DNA of 64,000 nt from the human T2T-CHM13v2.0 reference genome, Homo sapiens. Each line of letters begins with the position of its first letter. Position 1 is the first letter of the stretch. Position numbers and translations under genes: made by a program. The DNA lies in the NCBI RefSeq assembly GCF_009914755.1, contig NC_060929.1. The stretch is one strand, 5' to 3'. Of the stretch, positions 45,660-59,140 are shown piece after piece. The notes under the pieces are model-generated. The model did no database searches. It worked only from the letters and a program-made list of their open reading frames with translations, and was not told where the DNA came from.

Positions 45660-47100
45660 AAAGTGCATGGGCTGAGAGTTGCACAGGCCTGGATTCACAC
45701 CCTCCCTTTACCACTTGCAGTGATTATGACCCTGGGAAAGTTAATTAACTTCTCTGAGCTTCAGCTTTTTCAGCCACAAATGATGATAATAATATGTATT
45801 TCATACCATCCTTGAAGTGGCTCAGTGAAGTAACAAGGATGTGAATTGCTGAGCATGGACAAATGGCAGGTGCTGTTGCTTGCCTCCCCTCTGTCAAGCC
45901 GGACACTCTCACCCGTGAACTGACCCTGGCTCTCTCTTGCTCCACCACCTCCCTCTCCACATCCCAGGCAGACTACCCCTTTCTGTGGGCATGCTTTTCT
46001 GAGCCTGGTTGAGATTTCTATGCCCTGCGATCCTTGATAATGTCACCTCACACAACTCTTGCGTTTTAAGGGGAGTTCTATTGACAACTTGTCGCATGCA
46101 TTATGTGCAGATCTTACTCACGTAACTCTCAGGAAATTACCTCATTTTTCTCATTTTCATTTACGTCTTTGGAGGGCACCTTTCTGGGGCTTTGCTGTAT
46201 TGACTACACTGATCCTATTTTAAATAATAGCATTCAGTCCCTCCTCATAACCAATTCAAGTGCAAATCAAAGGCTTTCCTAAACCACGCACAGACCTTTC
46301 TGCCATCATTGGAGGACACTTTTAATAAAAACAACAACAATAATAACAGGTATCTGTTGTAGAATATTTATTATGTGCCATGCATCATGGATTCTCTCAT
46401 TTAAATGTCAGCGACCCTCTGGGGTTCTATTGCTCTGGTTTTGCAAATGGAGAAACTAAGGAATTGAAGAGCTTATGATTTTTACCCAAGATCATGCAGC
46501 CAAAGGGTGAAGCCAAGGTTTGAACCCAGGCTGCCCAGATTCAGAGCCACTACCTTCACTATTCCAAGTACTGCCACATGGTGACTGAGGTGACCTGATG
46601 CAGTGGCCCCGGGCAGCAGCAGAATCTGTTGGAAGCCCTAACATACCAAAACAAGTGACTTGGTATAAAAGTCTGCACCCTCTTTCTTGCCCTTGGGGGC
46701 CTTCATCTCTGTCCCCACCTCTGCCTCTGGGACAGCCAATGAAAAGAGCCTAGTCCTCACTCCCTGTTTTCAATGATGACCAATGATTCCAGGCTGCCTC
46801 TTGGGGCACAAGATTTTCAGTGCAAAAACTTGGATCATCCAGGGCAAATTGGAAGGGTTGGTCACCCCAGTTGAGAACAGGAACTATAGAGCCATTGGCT
46901 GGTGTCAAATCCTGGCTCCACCATGAACCCACCCTGCTACTTTGGCCAAATTACTTAACTTTTCCATGCCTCCATTTCCTCACCTATAAAACAGGAATAA
47001 TCGTTGTACCTACACCGTAGGGTTGTTGCGACAATTAAATGAGCTAATGCATGTAGGGGATCTAAAAGTGCCAGGCACAGAGAAATGTCCCTGTGAGGGG
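45660..47100. mobile_element. Cluster of MIR fragments (~45660-45880, ~46350-46560, ~46880-47100)
   Basis: Repeated MIR cores, e.g. ttacttaactttccatgcctccatttcctcacctataaaacagg and ttgcaaatggagaaactaagg...ggtttgaacccagg. Confidence 0.6.
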
Positions 47101-48559
47101 TTTGCTATTTTTGTGGCTATTCTATAAAAAGCTTTCTAAAATCCAGAATTTCATCCTGGGGCAGATTCTTTGCCTAGCTCTTTTGAGATCTATTAGAAAC
47201 ATTTAGTGATTTCCTTACATTTCCTGAAGTTACACTAGGAGCAACAACAACAACAACAAAATGGCAATTTATGGTTGACCTGATTTTACACTAGTTAAAA
47301 GAGAGCCGTCAACCCTGCAGAAGTAACAAGTCCGTGCCCACAGGCCTCCTCGGTGTTATTTGTATTTTTATGACCCTCCTGTGGCTATAAGGATGCTCAG
47401 TGGGTGTAGAAATTGGATGGTTAAAAATAACAAATAAGAAATCAAAGTCGTGCTTTGTCCCTATTTCCATACTGGTAGGTACCACATTCATTATTTGCTG
47501 GACAGCTGTGGGAATAAGCTGCACAAGGTACAACAACTTGATTCACCTCCAAAAACCAAATTAAACCACTGGACTCTCTTATTATTGTCATCCCTACCTT
47601 TGTGTAACACTTGTCACCCTCCTAAGCTACCAACATGCCTTCTCTTCTACTCGCTGGGTACCCTAGTCTGCCTCTTTCAGTCCAGAGGTATCTGCTTCTT
47701 ACAAGTTGAAAGGCACAAACCCACATCCGCATTCATACACAGCCCCTGTCATCAGCTTGGTTTTGAACGCTGGGCTGCAACCAGCTGCTTCATTTGCTTA
47801 GAGAAGTGTCATCCTTCCAGAGGCTTGGGGTGTGGCCTGTGGGAAGCTTTTCCTTTTACCTGGCTGTTGAATCAAGAACACAGTGAAGCAGCAATGAAAC
47901 AAAGCACAGTTTGTTTGTTTTTAATGTATTCATTCAACAGATATCTTTAATGCTCTAGGGTGGGAATTAGGAAAACAGCCATGAACAACTGAGCCAAAGC
48001 CTTTACACTTGAGGGGTTTGGAGGCTCCCAGGAAGATGGACATTGAACCGCTTGCTCTCATCATCCATTGCACATAGGAATCACCTGGGTAGCTTAAAAA
48101 AAAAGGAAAGAAACTGATGTCTGGGTCGCTTCCTCAGAGATTGTGATTTAATTGGGATGCAGTTTAACATGGGAATTTTTCAAGGCTCCCAGGTGATTTG
48201 AAAGTGCGGCCCAGTTAAGACCCGTTGCTTTAAACAAAGGGTTCATTAGAATTATGAGGAGTGCTACAGAGAAGGGGAAGGTGGTGCTATAAAAGCATGC
48301 AATGGAGCAGGAACCCTGAGCTGGAAGCCAGGAAAGCCATTCCTAAACAAGGGCCAGCTGAGCACAAGGTGAATGGCTTTAGCCAAAGTGGGTGCAGGGA
48401 GCGTAGTTCAGAGAGACACATCTGGAAAAGCCCACAAGAAGAATCCAGGCTACAGAGAACAGAGACAAATGTGACATGAGAAGAGAGAAATGGGCAGGGC
48501 CAGATAATGCAGGGCCTTTGAGGCCCTTTTAGGGGTTTGGGACTTAATCCGAAAGCAGA

Positions 48560-48726
48560 GGCTTTCACATTGAGCAGGCGTCTGGATCCCGGGGGCTTGT
48601 TATAAATGCAGACGGCTGGGCCCCATCCCCAGAGGTTCTGATTCAGTAGCTCAAGAATGTGTATGTCTAACAAGTTCCCAGGAGATGCTGCTGCTGGTCC
48701 CAGGACCACACTTTGAGAAGCACTGC
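48560..48726. mobile_element. MER5A (hAT-Charlie), within L2/MER5 remnants at ~47920-48560
   Basis: gctgggccccatccccagaggttctgattcagtag...tctaacaagttcccaggagatgctgctgctggtcccaggaccacactttgagaagcactg. Confidence 0.75.
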
Positions 48727-49020
48727 TCCAATCTAAAGCAATGGGAGAAACTCCCGGAGGATGTTCAGCAGGGGCATGGCATGAGTTGGGGTGCGTTTTA
48801 GCAACACGGTGCTATTCACCCCCATAACTCTCAAAGGTAATGTTCCAGGGAGATAAAGCAGGCACCCCCAGGAAAGCACAGGCCAGGCTGGACTCCAGTG
48901 CAACCGGGTGATAACAATTCAGTCAGAATTCACTGAGTAACTGACGTGGGATTTCCCTCCCAAGAAGAGCTATTTTGGTTACTGTTGCCTAAATTCTCCA
49001 TTTCCTCACATGATCACCTA

Positions 49021-49024
<4 letters not shown>

Positions 49025-49060
<36 letters not shown>
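49025..49060. repeat. Poly(A) tract of about 36 nt
   Basis: Homopolymer run. Confidence 0.9.
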
Positions 49061-49061
<1 letters not shown>

Positions 49062-49116
49062 AGTAAGAGCTTGAAACATCAAAACACCAAAAAGTAAGAT
49101 ACATCTTCCTTTCTCC

Positions 49117-49418
49117 TTTTTTTTGAGACAAAGTCTCGTTCTTTTGCCCAGGCTGGAGTGAAGTGGTGCGATCTTGGCTCACTGCTGCAACCTCCACCCA
49201 CCCAGCTTCAAGCAATTCTCCTGCCTCAGCCTCTCAAGTAGCTGGGATTATAGGTGCCTGCCACCATGCTCTGCTACTTTTTGTATATTTAGTAGAGACT
49301 AAACAACGGGGTTTCACCACGTTGGCCAGGTTGGTCTCGAACTCCTGACCCCAGGTGATCCACCCGCCTCAACCTCCCAAAGTGCTAGGATTACAGGTGT
49401 GAGCTACCGCGCCTGGCC
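49117..49418 (-). mobile_element. Alu (AluS-like)
   Basis: Antisense dimer; TSD CCTTTCTCCT. Confidence 0.9.
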
Positions 49419-52029
49419 CCTTTCTCCTCTTTATTCAAATGTGAAAGGATTGTTTTTACTGTTTTTACAAGTTCATCATTTTTCTGCAGCCAAGGCTGAG
49501 CCTACTGCCTTCCTTGTCCCATGCAGACAGACATGGTGCTGATCAGTGAGAATCCAGGTGCATCCAGAAAACATGCAGCCTAGACAGCTGGAGGCAAATT
49601 TATATGACCTCATGGAAGCTCTGCTGTTTCTATTGCTGTTGGGGTTGTGGGGAGTGATTTCTGCCTTAGGAGCAAAAGCCAGCCAATAGACCATGGAAAG
49701 GATCACTGGCCTCCTAACACCCCAACCCAGCATCCCCCATACTTGCATCTACACAAACCCTTAAAGACATACAGACACCACTGAAACAAAGAGGAACATC
49801 TGCCTCTCTCAATTTGCCACGTCTTTTCTAACAAAGCAGAGTCAGCTGTGGACGTGCAGGTTCATGGCTGCGTGTCCACGCCATTTGTGCCTAGAAACAG
49901 AGTCCCCGCACAGCTCCCTCCCGCACACACGGGCAAGCAAGAGGGACAATCCCTGCCGTTTTCCAGAGACCAGAGACCAGGGTGATTCTTTGGCAGCCGG
50001 TCTTCCAAAACTAGTTGGAGATTTTCCCCAGAGCACCTCGAAGCATCAGATTAATTTTCTGAGCATTTGCCACTGCTGTTCAGTATAAATGGCTACCTGA
50101 ACCCCTGGTGATCCCCGATCTCCAACACCTCAGCTATTTTCAACTACAAAGAGCTCTGGAATGTAATGGCAGACTCTATTATTAAATAATGTCCAGTGTA
50201 TGTGTGCTCTTTAATTCCAACAATGCACAGCTCCAGGGAAAACAAAAACAAAAAACAAACAAAAAAAAACAGTGATATTTAAAACAGTTGGTGAAAGGGG
50301 GGGGGTCCATAATTAAGTTAATATTCAAAAGCACAATTCTTCCCAAGAGAAAGGGCCCCCATGTAGTCTACCTTCGTGTCTCCTGCACCTCATAATTGCC
50401 CTTAGCTCCAGTGGGTTTTCTTCTCACTCAGCCCGTCCAATGTGGTATTGCTGGAGTTTTGGCTGGTGGTCATTGGGAGAATGAGAATTTCTTAGGCTGT
50501 GACACAATCACACACGGAGGACACTTGATGAACCTTCATTTTTTAACTTGAAAAAGGATGGGTTCTTGTTTTTTTCCCTGATCTCAGAGTGAGGCAAAGA
50601 GAAATGACCTACACTTCAGCCTATGTGCTAAAGGGAAAGCTTACCACTAACTATAATAGCTGTCATAACAACTATATAGACACTGACAACAATTAGTGCC
50701 ACTATCTACTGAGCACTTACAATGTGCCAAGCTCTGTTGAAATATTTAGCTTTATCATTCCATTTAATACCTCTGGCATCTGTAAAAAAAAAAAAAAAAA
50801 AAAAAAAAATTGTAAGTACGGTCTTGTGACCATCCCTAAATTATTTGATCAGCACATATTTCTTGAATGTCTGTTACGTGCCAACCGTTCTTCTAGACCC
50901 TGAGAATATCTCAATGAACAAAAGAGGCAAAACTTTCTGCCTTTCTGGAAGCTGTATGCTATTGGAAGAGAAAATAAATAAGATTAACAAGTAAAATATA
51001 CCATTTTACAAACAGGCTGAGGCTCAGAGAGGTGGATCTACCAGCCCAAGCTCACACAGACAGTAAGAGAGACATCCAGATTCCATTCCCAGAACTCTGA
51101 CTCCAAACCAGGTTAAGGTTTTCCCCATAGTTAAAAAAAAAAAAAAAAAAACACTTTTTTTTTTTCACCTCAGTTTAACTTAGGATGTAAGTTCTCTCCT
51201 GATGGTCTCTTGAAGCAAGCAGGGACATCTGGCTTCTCTGGCTTTCACTGTCATCTGTCTGCATTTCCATGCAGCCTGTTTTATGTTTTTACTTGCATTT
51301 CCATCTGGATAGGGTATTGCCCTTTATGCTTTTCTTAGGCATGCTTGATGTTGAATATTAAAATCCTATTTCTCTCTTCGTACCCCTCATGCATTATTAG
51401 CCACTTATTTCTACCTTTAAATTGCTGCACATGGCAGAACATTTCTTGATGCTTTTTTAGAAAAGCCTTTTATGGTAATTATAGCTTTCTTCAAGTGCAT
51501 TTATTTTTCCCTTTTTACCGTGCTGTAGACATTACTTTGTTCATGCCTAATTTTTGTTAAGGCAAAAAGCCTGCCTAGCTGGTAACTGTGTGGACAGACT
51601 TTTTTTTTTCTAGTGGTTGGAATTTTATGTGTAGAACCTTGGAAACTCTCTCATTTCCACTCTGCCAAAGGCATCGGATTCAGCCAGAGTTATTCGTTCA
51701 TCATTTCCCCCAACTACTTATTGAATACTGGCAATCCAAGAGTAAACAAACTAGACATGGTCCCTCCCTGACAGTTTTACACCATAGCAGGAACGCCTGG
51801 GGCAGCCGTTCGGTTCACAGTAGGGGCACCATTCAAAGTGTAGGTAATGACAACGGGCACATTTATTATGACACTTTTCCAGCAGGTGACAGTAAAATGT
51901 CTTAAGGAAGAGCTGCTACATGGCCTAGCGAGCATCAAGGAGGTACCAGCCAATTGTGATACAGCGGGGCGGGTAGTACCACATAAAGGAAAGGATAAAG
52001 ATGCCATGACTGGTGCTGCTGGCATGAGC

Positions 52030-52775
52030 TTGGGAGCTTTGGAAAAGCTTCCAGGAGGAGGTGACTTCTGAGTGGGGATTTGAAGGATGTATTGAAGTTA
52101 GGGAGGTGAGAAAAGTGAAAAGGAAAGGCCGAGTGGCTTAAGTCTAACCAAAGCCTAAAGTGATATTGAGATAGGCTGATGTGGTAAGAGTCAGTTCATA
52201 TGAAGTCAGCAAGCCCAATTAAGGACTTCAGACTTTACCCATGGGTCAATGGAAAGCTATTGAAGTGTTTCCAGCAGTGTCCAGAATGTGAGACATGGAT
52301 GATGGTACAAGACTGGAGGCAGGGAGACCAGTTAGGAGGTTTCGACAAGCATCTGGACCAAAGATGAGGGTGGCTGGGGTTAATGTGGTGGCAGTAGGGG
52401 TGGAAGTAGAGCACAGATTCCAAGATATTTAGGAAGAAGGACAGATAGGAGTTCTTGCAGTTAAGAGGAAAATTAGGCAGAACTTGGTTGGAATTAGATA
52501 GAAGAGACAAGAGAAGGTAGGAGAGGAGGGGAACAATTAAGAATGCCTCCAAGGTTTCAGTGGTGGGCAATGGGGTAGATACCTGGATGTGCCATGCACT
52601 GCTCAAGGGGTCAGAGTTTGTGGGGAGGAAAGGTAAAGAGTCAGAATTCTTTTGAGTTTGAGGTGCTTATGAGTGTACAGGTGGGGAATAGATGGCTATG
52701 TTGAGACGCAAGTTGGAGTTCAGGTCTAGAGGTCAGAAGACTTGAGTTGAAGATTTAGGGGCCATCAGAATATAA
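52030..52775 (-). mobile_element. L2 LINE fragment
   Basis: ggaggcagggagaccagttaggagg...gatgagggtggctggg...tttgagtttgaggtgcttatgag, typical antisense L2. Confidence 0.65.
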
Positions 52776-52782
52776 GGGTGTG

Positions 52783-53073
52783 GGTTGTTGTTTGTTGTTG
52801 TTGGTGTTGTTGTTGTTGTTGTTTTGAGACCGAGTCTCACTCTGTCGCCTAGACTAGAGTGCAGTAGCACGATCTTGACTCACTGCAGCCTCTGCCTTCC
52901 GGGTTCAAATGATTCTTCAGCCTCAGCCTCCTGAGAAGCTGGGATTACAGGCACCTGCCACCACACTCAGCTATCTTTTGTATTTTCAGTAGACATGAGA
53001 TTTCACCATTTTGGCCAGGCTGGTCTCGAACTCCGGACTTCAGGTGATCCACCCACCTCGGCATCCCAAAGTG
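52783..53073 (-). mobile_element. Alu (AluS-like), missing its extreme 5' end, with (GTT)n tail
   Basis: gttgttgtt...ttttgagaccgagtctcactctgtcgcc...cctcggcatcccaaagtg. Confidence 0.88.
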
Positions 53074-53554
53074 GGTTTTTTTAAATCCCAAATTTCCCAT
53101 CAGCTCTCTCTCTATAGGTTGGAATGTGACAGAACTAGCCCATTAATATCACTGGCGTCCTTAAAAATTCTCCCTGGGAAGAGGACTTTTGATCTCAGAG
53201 AGGAAGTCTCTATTATCTTCTCATGATTCTCAGAAGAGTTTATAGATATGAGGCAGGCAGACAGAAAAGATATAGTACGCCCCGATTGTTTTTATTCATT
53301 CAAGCACCTTCTATGTGCCTAAAACCAGGCCAAGCTCTGGGATCCAACAGCAAACAACCAAATCTTGGATCTCATGGGGGTTTATGTCTAGGGCTAGGTT
53401 TCTCAACCTTAGCACAGTTAACATTTTGGGCTGTATCGTTCTTCATTGTGGGGCCTGTCCTGTGCATTGTAGGATGTTGAGCAGCATCCCTGGCCTCTAC
53501 TCACAAGATGCCAATAGCACCCTCCTCAAATTGTGACAATCAAAAATGTCTCCA

Positions 53555-53692
53555 GACTGGGCACGGTGGCTCATGCCTGGAGTGCTGTAATCCCAGCACT
53601 TTGGGAGGCCAAGGCAGGCGGATCACTTGAGGTCAGGAGTTCAAGACCAGCCTGGCCAACATGGTGAAACTCCATCTCTACTAAAAAAAAAA

Positions 53693-53776
<84 letters not shown>

Positions 53777-54071
53777 TATATATGTATACACACACGTATA
53801 TATATACATGTATATATGTATATATACACATATATATGTATATACGTATATACATATATATATGTACGTGTATACATATATATATATACACACAAAAAAA
53901 ATCAGCTAGATGTGGTGGCATGCACCTGTAGTCCCAGCTACTCAGGAAGCTGAGGCGGGGGAATCATTTGAACCTGAGAGGCGGAGGCTGCAGTGAGCCG
54001 ACATTGCGCCACTGCACTCCAGCCTGGGCAACACAGTGAGACTCCGTCTCAAAAAATAAAAATAAAAAATA
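53555..54071 (+). mobile_element. Alu (AluS-like) with a ~200-nt dinucleotide expansion in its middle A-rich linker
   Basis: Left and right monomers separated by TG/TA/CA repeats; imperfect TSD aaaaatgtctccaga / aaaagtgtcttcaga. Confidence 0.9.
53692..53894. repeat. Compound (TG)11(TA)20(CA)11 + degenerate TA/CA/TG microsatellite
   Basis: Directly counted; alternating pyrimidine-purine throughout. Confidence 0.95.
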
Positions 54072-55644
54072 AAAAGTGTCTTCAGACAATGCCAAATGTT
54101 TTCTGGAGAGAAATAGGGAGACAAAATTGCCTTAGTTGAGAACCACTGGAATAGGGTCATGATAGAACCTTTAGTCTCCAGGCAGCCAGCTCTCTCTAGC
54201 TCCATAAAAGAGGAACCAAATGGGTATGCTTTAAGGGGCTTTATATTGGTGGTCTTGAAGACAGGCAGTACCAGCCTGAAATCCAGAAGACTTCCTATAG
54301 GAGACTTCTTGGGTGCCCCAGTATAAGCCCATTAGCCCAATCCAACTTCGGTTATAGCATCCTCTCCAGAGAAAAGCCTCTACCTCATACCCATTTTGCC
54401 CTCCAGACTAATTACTTCCTAGGTTTTGTTTTTCCTTAAGCAGAAGCTGGCTTTGCACTTTACAAACACAAAGGATCACTTCCTCAGAAGGCCACCAGTA
54501 GAATGAACTTGTGCTGGGGTTAGCTTGGGGTTGCCTAGCAACGCCATGCACCTACCAGGGCTGTTCTCTTCCTCTTCAAGCTAAAAGCAAAGTCCTGTCC
54601 GTTAATTACCAGCTGCCCTGAAACTTCTCAGAGATTTGCCAGCTTCCTACTTTTCTTGTTTTCATCTTCCTCATGTGATGTGGAGAAAACCTGCTACTGT
54701 GGTCTGTTTATTTCACTTCAGTTGGTCTGCAGGGGCAGGTTGGGGAGGAAGCAAGAGAGGAAGAGAAGGGGTTAAAAAAAAGCCTCATTCAATCTAGAAA
54801 TATATGTATTTTGAGTGCGTATCTCTGACTGACACGCTAGTGTTTTTTGCAGATTTAAATTTGATGTAGCGGACGTGGGTTTCCTATACAATGAGGCTTC
54901 TGTTGACACATTGGACATGAATTTAGTCAGACATGAGACCTCAAAGTAGCTAAATAACAAAGCTCCACCAAATAGATACCATGCTGAGCAAATGTTGGTA
55001 GGTCTGTCATTTAGTGTATTTTCCGTGATCCATTCCCCAAAACTCTACCAGTAGAAATTGTTAAAGCTGAAGGTAGCTGGAGGTTGGAGAAATTCTCTTT
55101 TCCTTGAGAACCTGTGAAATGTCCCTTGGTCTTTTCCTACTGAGCTCATTTTGTTCCTGCAGAAATGTTTGTGGCATTTCTCTGCAACTGGGGACGGCTT
55201 TCCCTCCACACACCGTCTCACGGTATGAAGTGAACAGGGGTTTTCCAGGCAGGACCACAGTCAGGAAAAGCATGGAAATGTGAATCTGGGCTTTGTGAGG
55301 AGAGGTGTGTAGACCAAACAAGCCTTTCCAGGTGTGCAAACACTGGTGCTTTACTTGCCTGCTGGACTTAGTGCCAGGCTGTGCAACAAAAGAAAACAGA
55401 TTCCCTGGTAAGAGTCTCCTTATTTGCCCTCTCAAGACAGCTTGGCTTCCCTAGGGACTGGCCCACATAGGTCTCTTCTGTTGCATGCACTCCTTGCTCA
55501 GATCCTAATCCAATACCACCTTCTGGAAAGGATGAGAGGCAGCAAGCACTGAAGAGTGAAACTCCTCTTCCTAAAGAAGTAAAGCTTAATTGTATACCCT
55601 TGAGACCTTGCTTCTTAGGAAGATGCCTTTAAATTCCCACCACT

Positions 55645-55940
55645 GGCCAAGCATAATGCTTCATGCCTGTAATCCTAGCACTTTGGGAGGCTGAGGCTGA
55701 GGCTGGAGGGTCATTTGAGGCCAGGAGTTCAAGACTAACCTGGGCAACATAGCAAGACCCAATCTCTACTAAAAATTAAAAAGAAAAAATCGCTGGGCAT
55801 GGTGGCACACACTTGCAGTCCTAGCTACTGAGGAGGCTGAAGCAGGAGGATCACTCAAGCCCAGGAGTTCAAGGTGTCAGTGAGCTATGATCATGCCACT
55901 GCACTCCAGCCTGAGTGAGAGAGTGAGACCCTACCTCAAA
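55645..55940 (+). mobile_element. Alu (AluJ-like), almost no A-tail
   Basis: TSD AAATTCCCACCACT; gagctatgatcatgccactgc. Confidence 0.9.
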
Positions 55941-56339
55941 TTCCCACCACTGCCATATGCATATATTAGGTTTATCAGCATTCTCATAAGGGGTACTCAA
56001 GAGAAAAGAAGGAAGATGCTAGGTGAAGGCCTCTGGAACACCGGAGAGAAGAGTAGGGGAGATGCATGCTTTTGATCCACAAGATTTGGGCCAGGAAGGT
56101 TTCAAATCAATTACCTCCATCATTACAAAGCTTTTTATCCTCTGCCATGGCCCAATCCAGCCTGCACTTTATGTAGTTTAAAAATAGATGTAGAAAAAAA
56201 TGGAAACAGAGATGGTGGCAGAGGTAGAGATAGGACTCGAGATAGATATTCAAGGAAATTACTTTCTGGGGAAAAGTAAATTAATGGTCACTGGGGTATA
56301 TTTAAATTAAGCAAGAAAACATATCCCAAGTGCACAACT

Positions 56340-56440
56340 CTGCAAATTTACTAGAAGTCATCGCATTGTACACTTAAAACAGGTGAATTTTATGGTGTGT
56401 AAATTATGCCCCAACAAAGCTGTGAAAAGAAAGAAAAATG
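56340..56440 (+). mobile_element. L1M 3'-end fragment
   Basis: tgtacacttaaaacaggtgaattttatggtgtgtaaattatgccccaacaaagctg, typical L1MB/MC terminus. Confidence 0.6.
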
Positions 56441-56721
56441 AAAACATGTCTAGGAATTCTTGCCAGCACGTAGGTTTTGTGAGTGTGGCCACATCCTAGT
56501 AGTTCTCTGCTTCTCTCCTACCTGTTATAAAGAGTCACGGAGGCTCTGCTAGTGAGACCTTTCCCATGTCTCTTTAGTGTACCTCCTTTCTCCACTTTTC
56601 TCCCCCAGTCTCCCTTTGTCCAAACTCAGGTCAGGAGAGTGCTGGCTGCAATTGTTTTGGGTCCTGGAGTAATTAGAAAATTACACAGGCAGCCAATTTT
56701 GCACAGACACGTGAGCGCATG

Positions 56722-56724
<3 letters not shown>

Positions 56725-56759
<35 letters not shown>
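56725..56759. repeat. (AC)n microsatellite, about 17 units
   Basis: Directly visible. Confidence 0.95.
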
Positions 56760-56760
<1 letters not shown>

Positions 56761-57416
56761 CAATAAAGGAAAAGAAATCCACAAAATAAGAACTACTCCT
56801 ACCCCACCACCCTTCCCCGAGCACATATATTTTTTCTTCTATCTTTCCCCAATTCGTGGCACCCAGCATCTATCCACTCCACAGCCTTCGAATCCTGCAG
56901 TATTTTTAAATTGTGCCATAAACAGGTTGAGTGATAAGCAGCCAACATCTTTAAGTGCCCCTTAAAACTAAATATTACCTGTACAAGCATATGAAAATAG
57001 CCCAGCAGAACCATCCAGTTTTCAGTCATGAGAAGCTCATGATAATCCTATGTAAATATATCTTTAAAACTCTGAAAGATGGCGGGCACTTTGCCTCCAT
57101 CCTGGGTTGATAGGGAATTTTTTCTCTTCTACAGAAGAGCACTTCTTAAAAAAAGAGAGAAAGAAAAGCTTCTTTTCAGTAGCATCAATCCTGAGCTATT
57201 GGCTGGAAACCACAGCCTAGCTAGTCTGGTTGTCAGCTCAGCACTGGTTTAGTTGTCTGGGATGTGCATTGAACTCCCCGCTTTGGGAAGGTTGCCTCTG
57301 ACCTAGGTCAGTTGTCACTGGGGATCCCCTGCATCTGTGACCCCACTGTGTCTTGCTACTGCATGCGTTGCCTGCTCCCCTGACTCTGTGGAAGGCAGGC
57401 GCGGGCCCCACTGTGA

Positions 57417-57887
<471 letters not shown>

Positions 57888-58408
57888 TGAGAATTCCCAA
57901 GTGCCCATTGCCACATAAAGGTGGCTGGGCCCTGGCGCTGCCTTCAGGGTCACCAGTCCTGCCAGAACTTTCAGGGCTGCGGATAACAGTCGGTGACAAT
58001 GAGGATGACAATCTATGCCTAACGCACAAAGCTGTCATAAGCAATGCCTGCTGCCTTCATCCTTACAGCCCTTTGAGATGTCACTCTACAGATGAGGAAA
58101 CCGAGGCCTGAAGAGTGATTAAGTAACTTTTTCGAGATAATCCAACCACCATTAGTAAAATTGAGACCCAAACCCAGCTGTGGCTCCAAAGCGTCTTTTC
58201 TAACCAGTAGTTGGCAAACTATGGTCCATGGACCAAACCTGGCCTGTAAGCTAAAAATAGTTTTAACATTTTTAATGGTTGGTGGAAAAAATCATTAAAA
58301 AGAACAATATTTGATAATGTGAAAGTTATGTGAAATTCAAATTTTGATGTTTATAAATTTTTAAACAGCTTTATTGAGGTATAATTGACATATAAAAAGT
58401 TGCGTATA

Positions 58409-58457
58409 TGGCCAGGCACAGTGGCTCACACCTGTAATCCCAGCACTTTGGGAGGCC
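58409..58457 (+). mobile_element. Alu 5' stub (~48 nt)
   Basis: GGCCAGGCACAGTGGCTCACACCTGTAATCCCAGCACTTTGGGAGGCC, then an abrupt return to L1 sequence. Confidence 0.85.
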
Positions 58458-58511
58458 ATCACCACCATCAAGGCCATAAACATGTCCATCGCTTCCCAAA
58501 GTTTCTTCCTA

Positions 58512-59140
58512 TTGACTGAACCAAGGGTTGGGCTGCTTGTTTTCAAGGTCCAATAACAAGATGCAGACACACTGGGAAAGTAACCAGAAATAAACTCTCC
58601 CAGGTACAGGGAGAAGGCCAGAGATAATTCACCAGGCCATCTCTAAATTACAAAGTTTTCCAGTGTGTATATACCTTCTAAGCTATGTGTCTACATGTAA
58701 GTGTGCATTCATCTGAAGACACAAATGATTGATTCCATCTAATCTATAACTAAGGTTTGGGTCCTGGACACCTTCCTCCAGAGCCTCAGTAAATTTGCTT
58801 AGCCTAGATGGGTCCTGGTGCCGGGGGTGATTACCCTTATCTTTTCTCCAGCTAAGGTGTGGAGGTCTGGGGAGTTCCTTTAGACTCCCAGTAAAACTTG
58901 TTTAATCCTAAATGGGTCCTGGTATGAGGAGCATGAGAATTTCTTCATTATCTTGTGAAGGTTCAAGGCCCAGGAAAGGCCTAGGCAAGACTCTTGGTGA
59001 GCTTTTGTTACATTCCAGCCTTTGTGTAAGTGCGCTGGCTCTTTCCGCCTTTAATATTTAACCTAACCATTCATTCAGTGCCAAAACAGTTGTCATAGAG
59101 GCCTGCCTGTTCAGCTGGTGGTGAGACCTGGCCTGCCACA
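58512..59140 (-). mobile_element. ERV1 solo LTR, MER39-like
   Basis: Reverse complement begins TGTGGCAGGCCAGGTCTCAC...GTTAAATATTAAAGGC...ACAAAGGCTGGAATGTAACAAAAGC, matching the recalled MER39 5' end. Confidence 0.7.

Larger units (their letters stand above)
53396..54149. mobile_element. MER20 (hAT-Charlie) split by an Alu insertion
   Basis: ggtttctcaaccttagcac...gcattgtaggatgttgagcagcatccctggcctctac...aaaatgtctccaga [Alu] ...gacaatgccaaatg...gttgagaaccactg. Confidence 0.85.

Noticed and set aside
53571-53953. Multiple overlapping YI/CV/HT-repeat ORFs, or a CRISPR-like array
   Set aside because: Dinucleotide microsatellite inside an Alu; there is no repeat-spacer architecture anywhere in the window.
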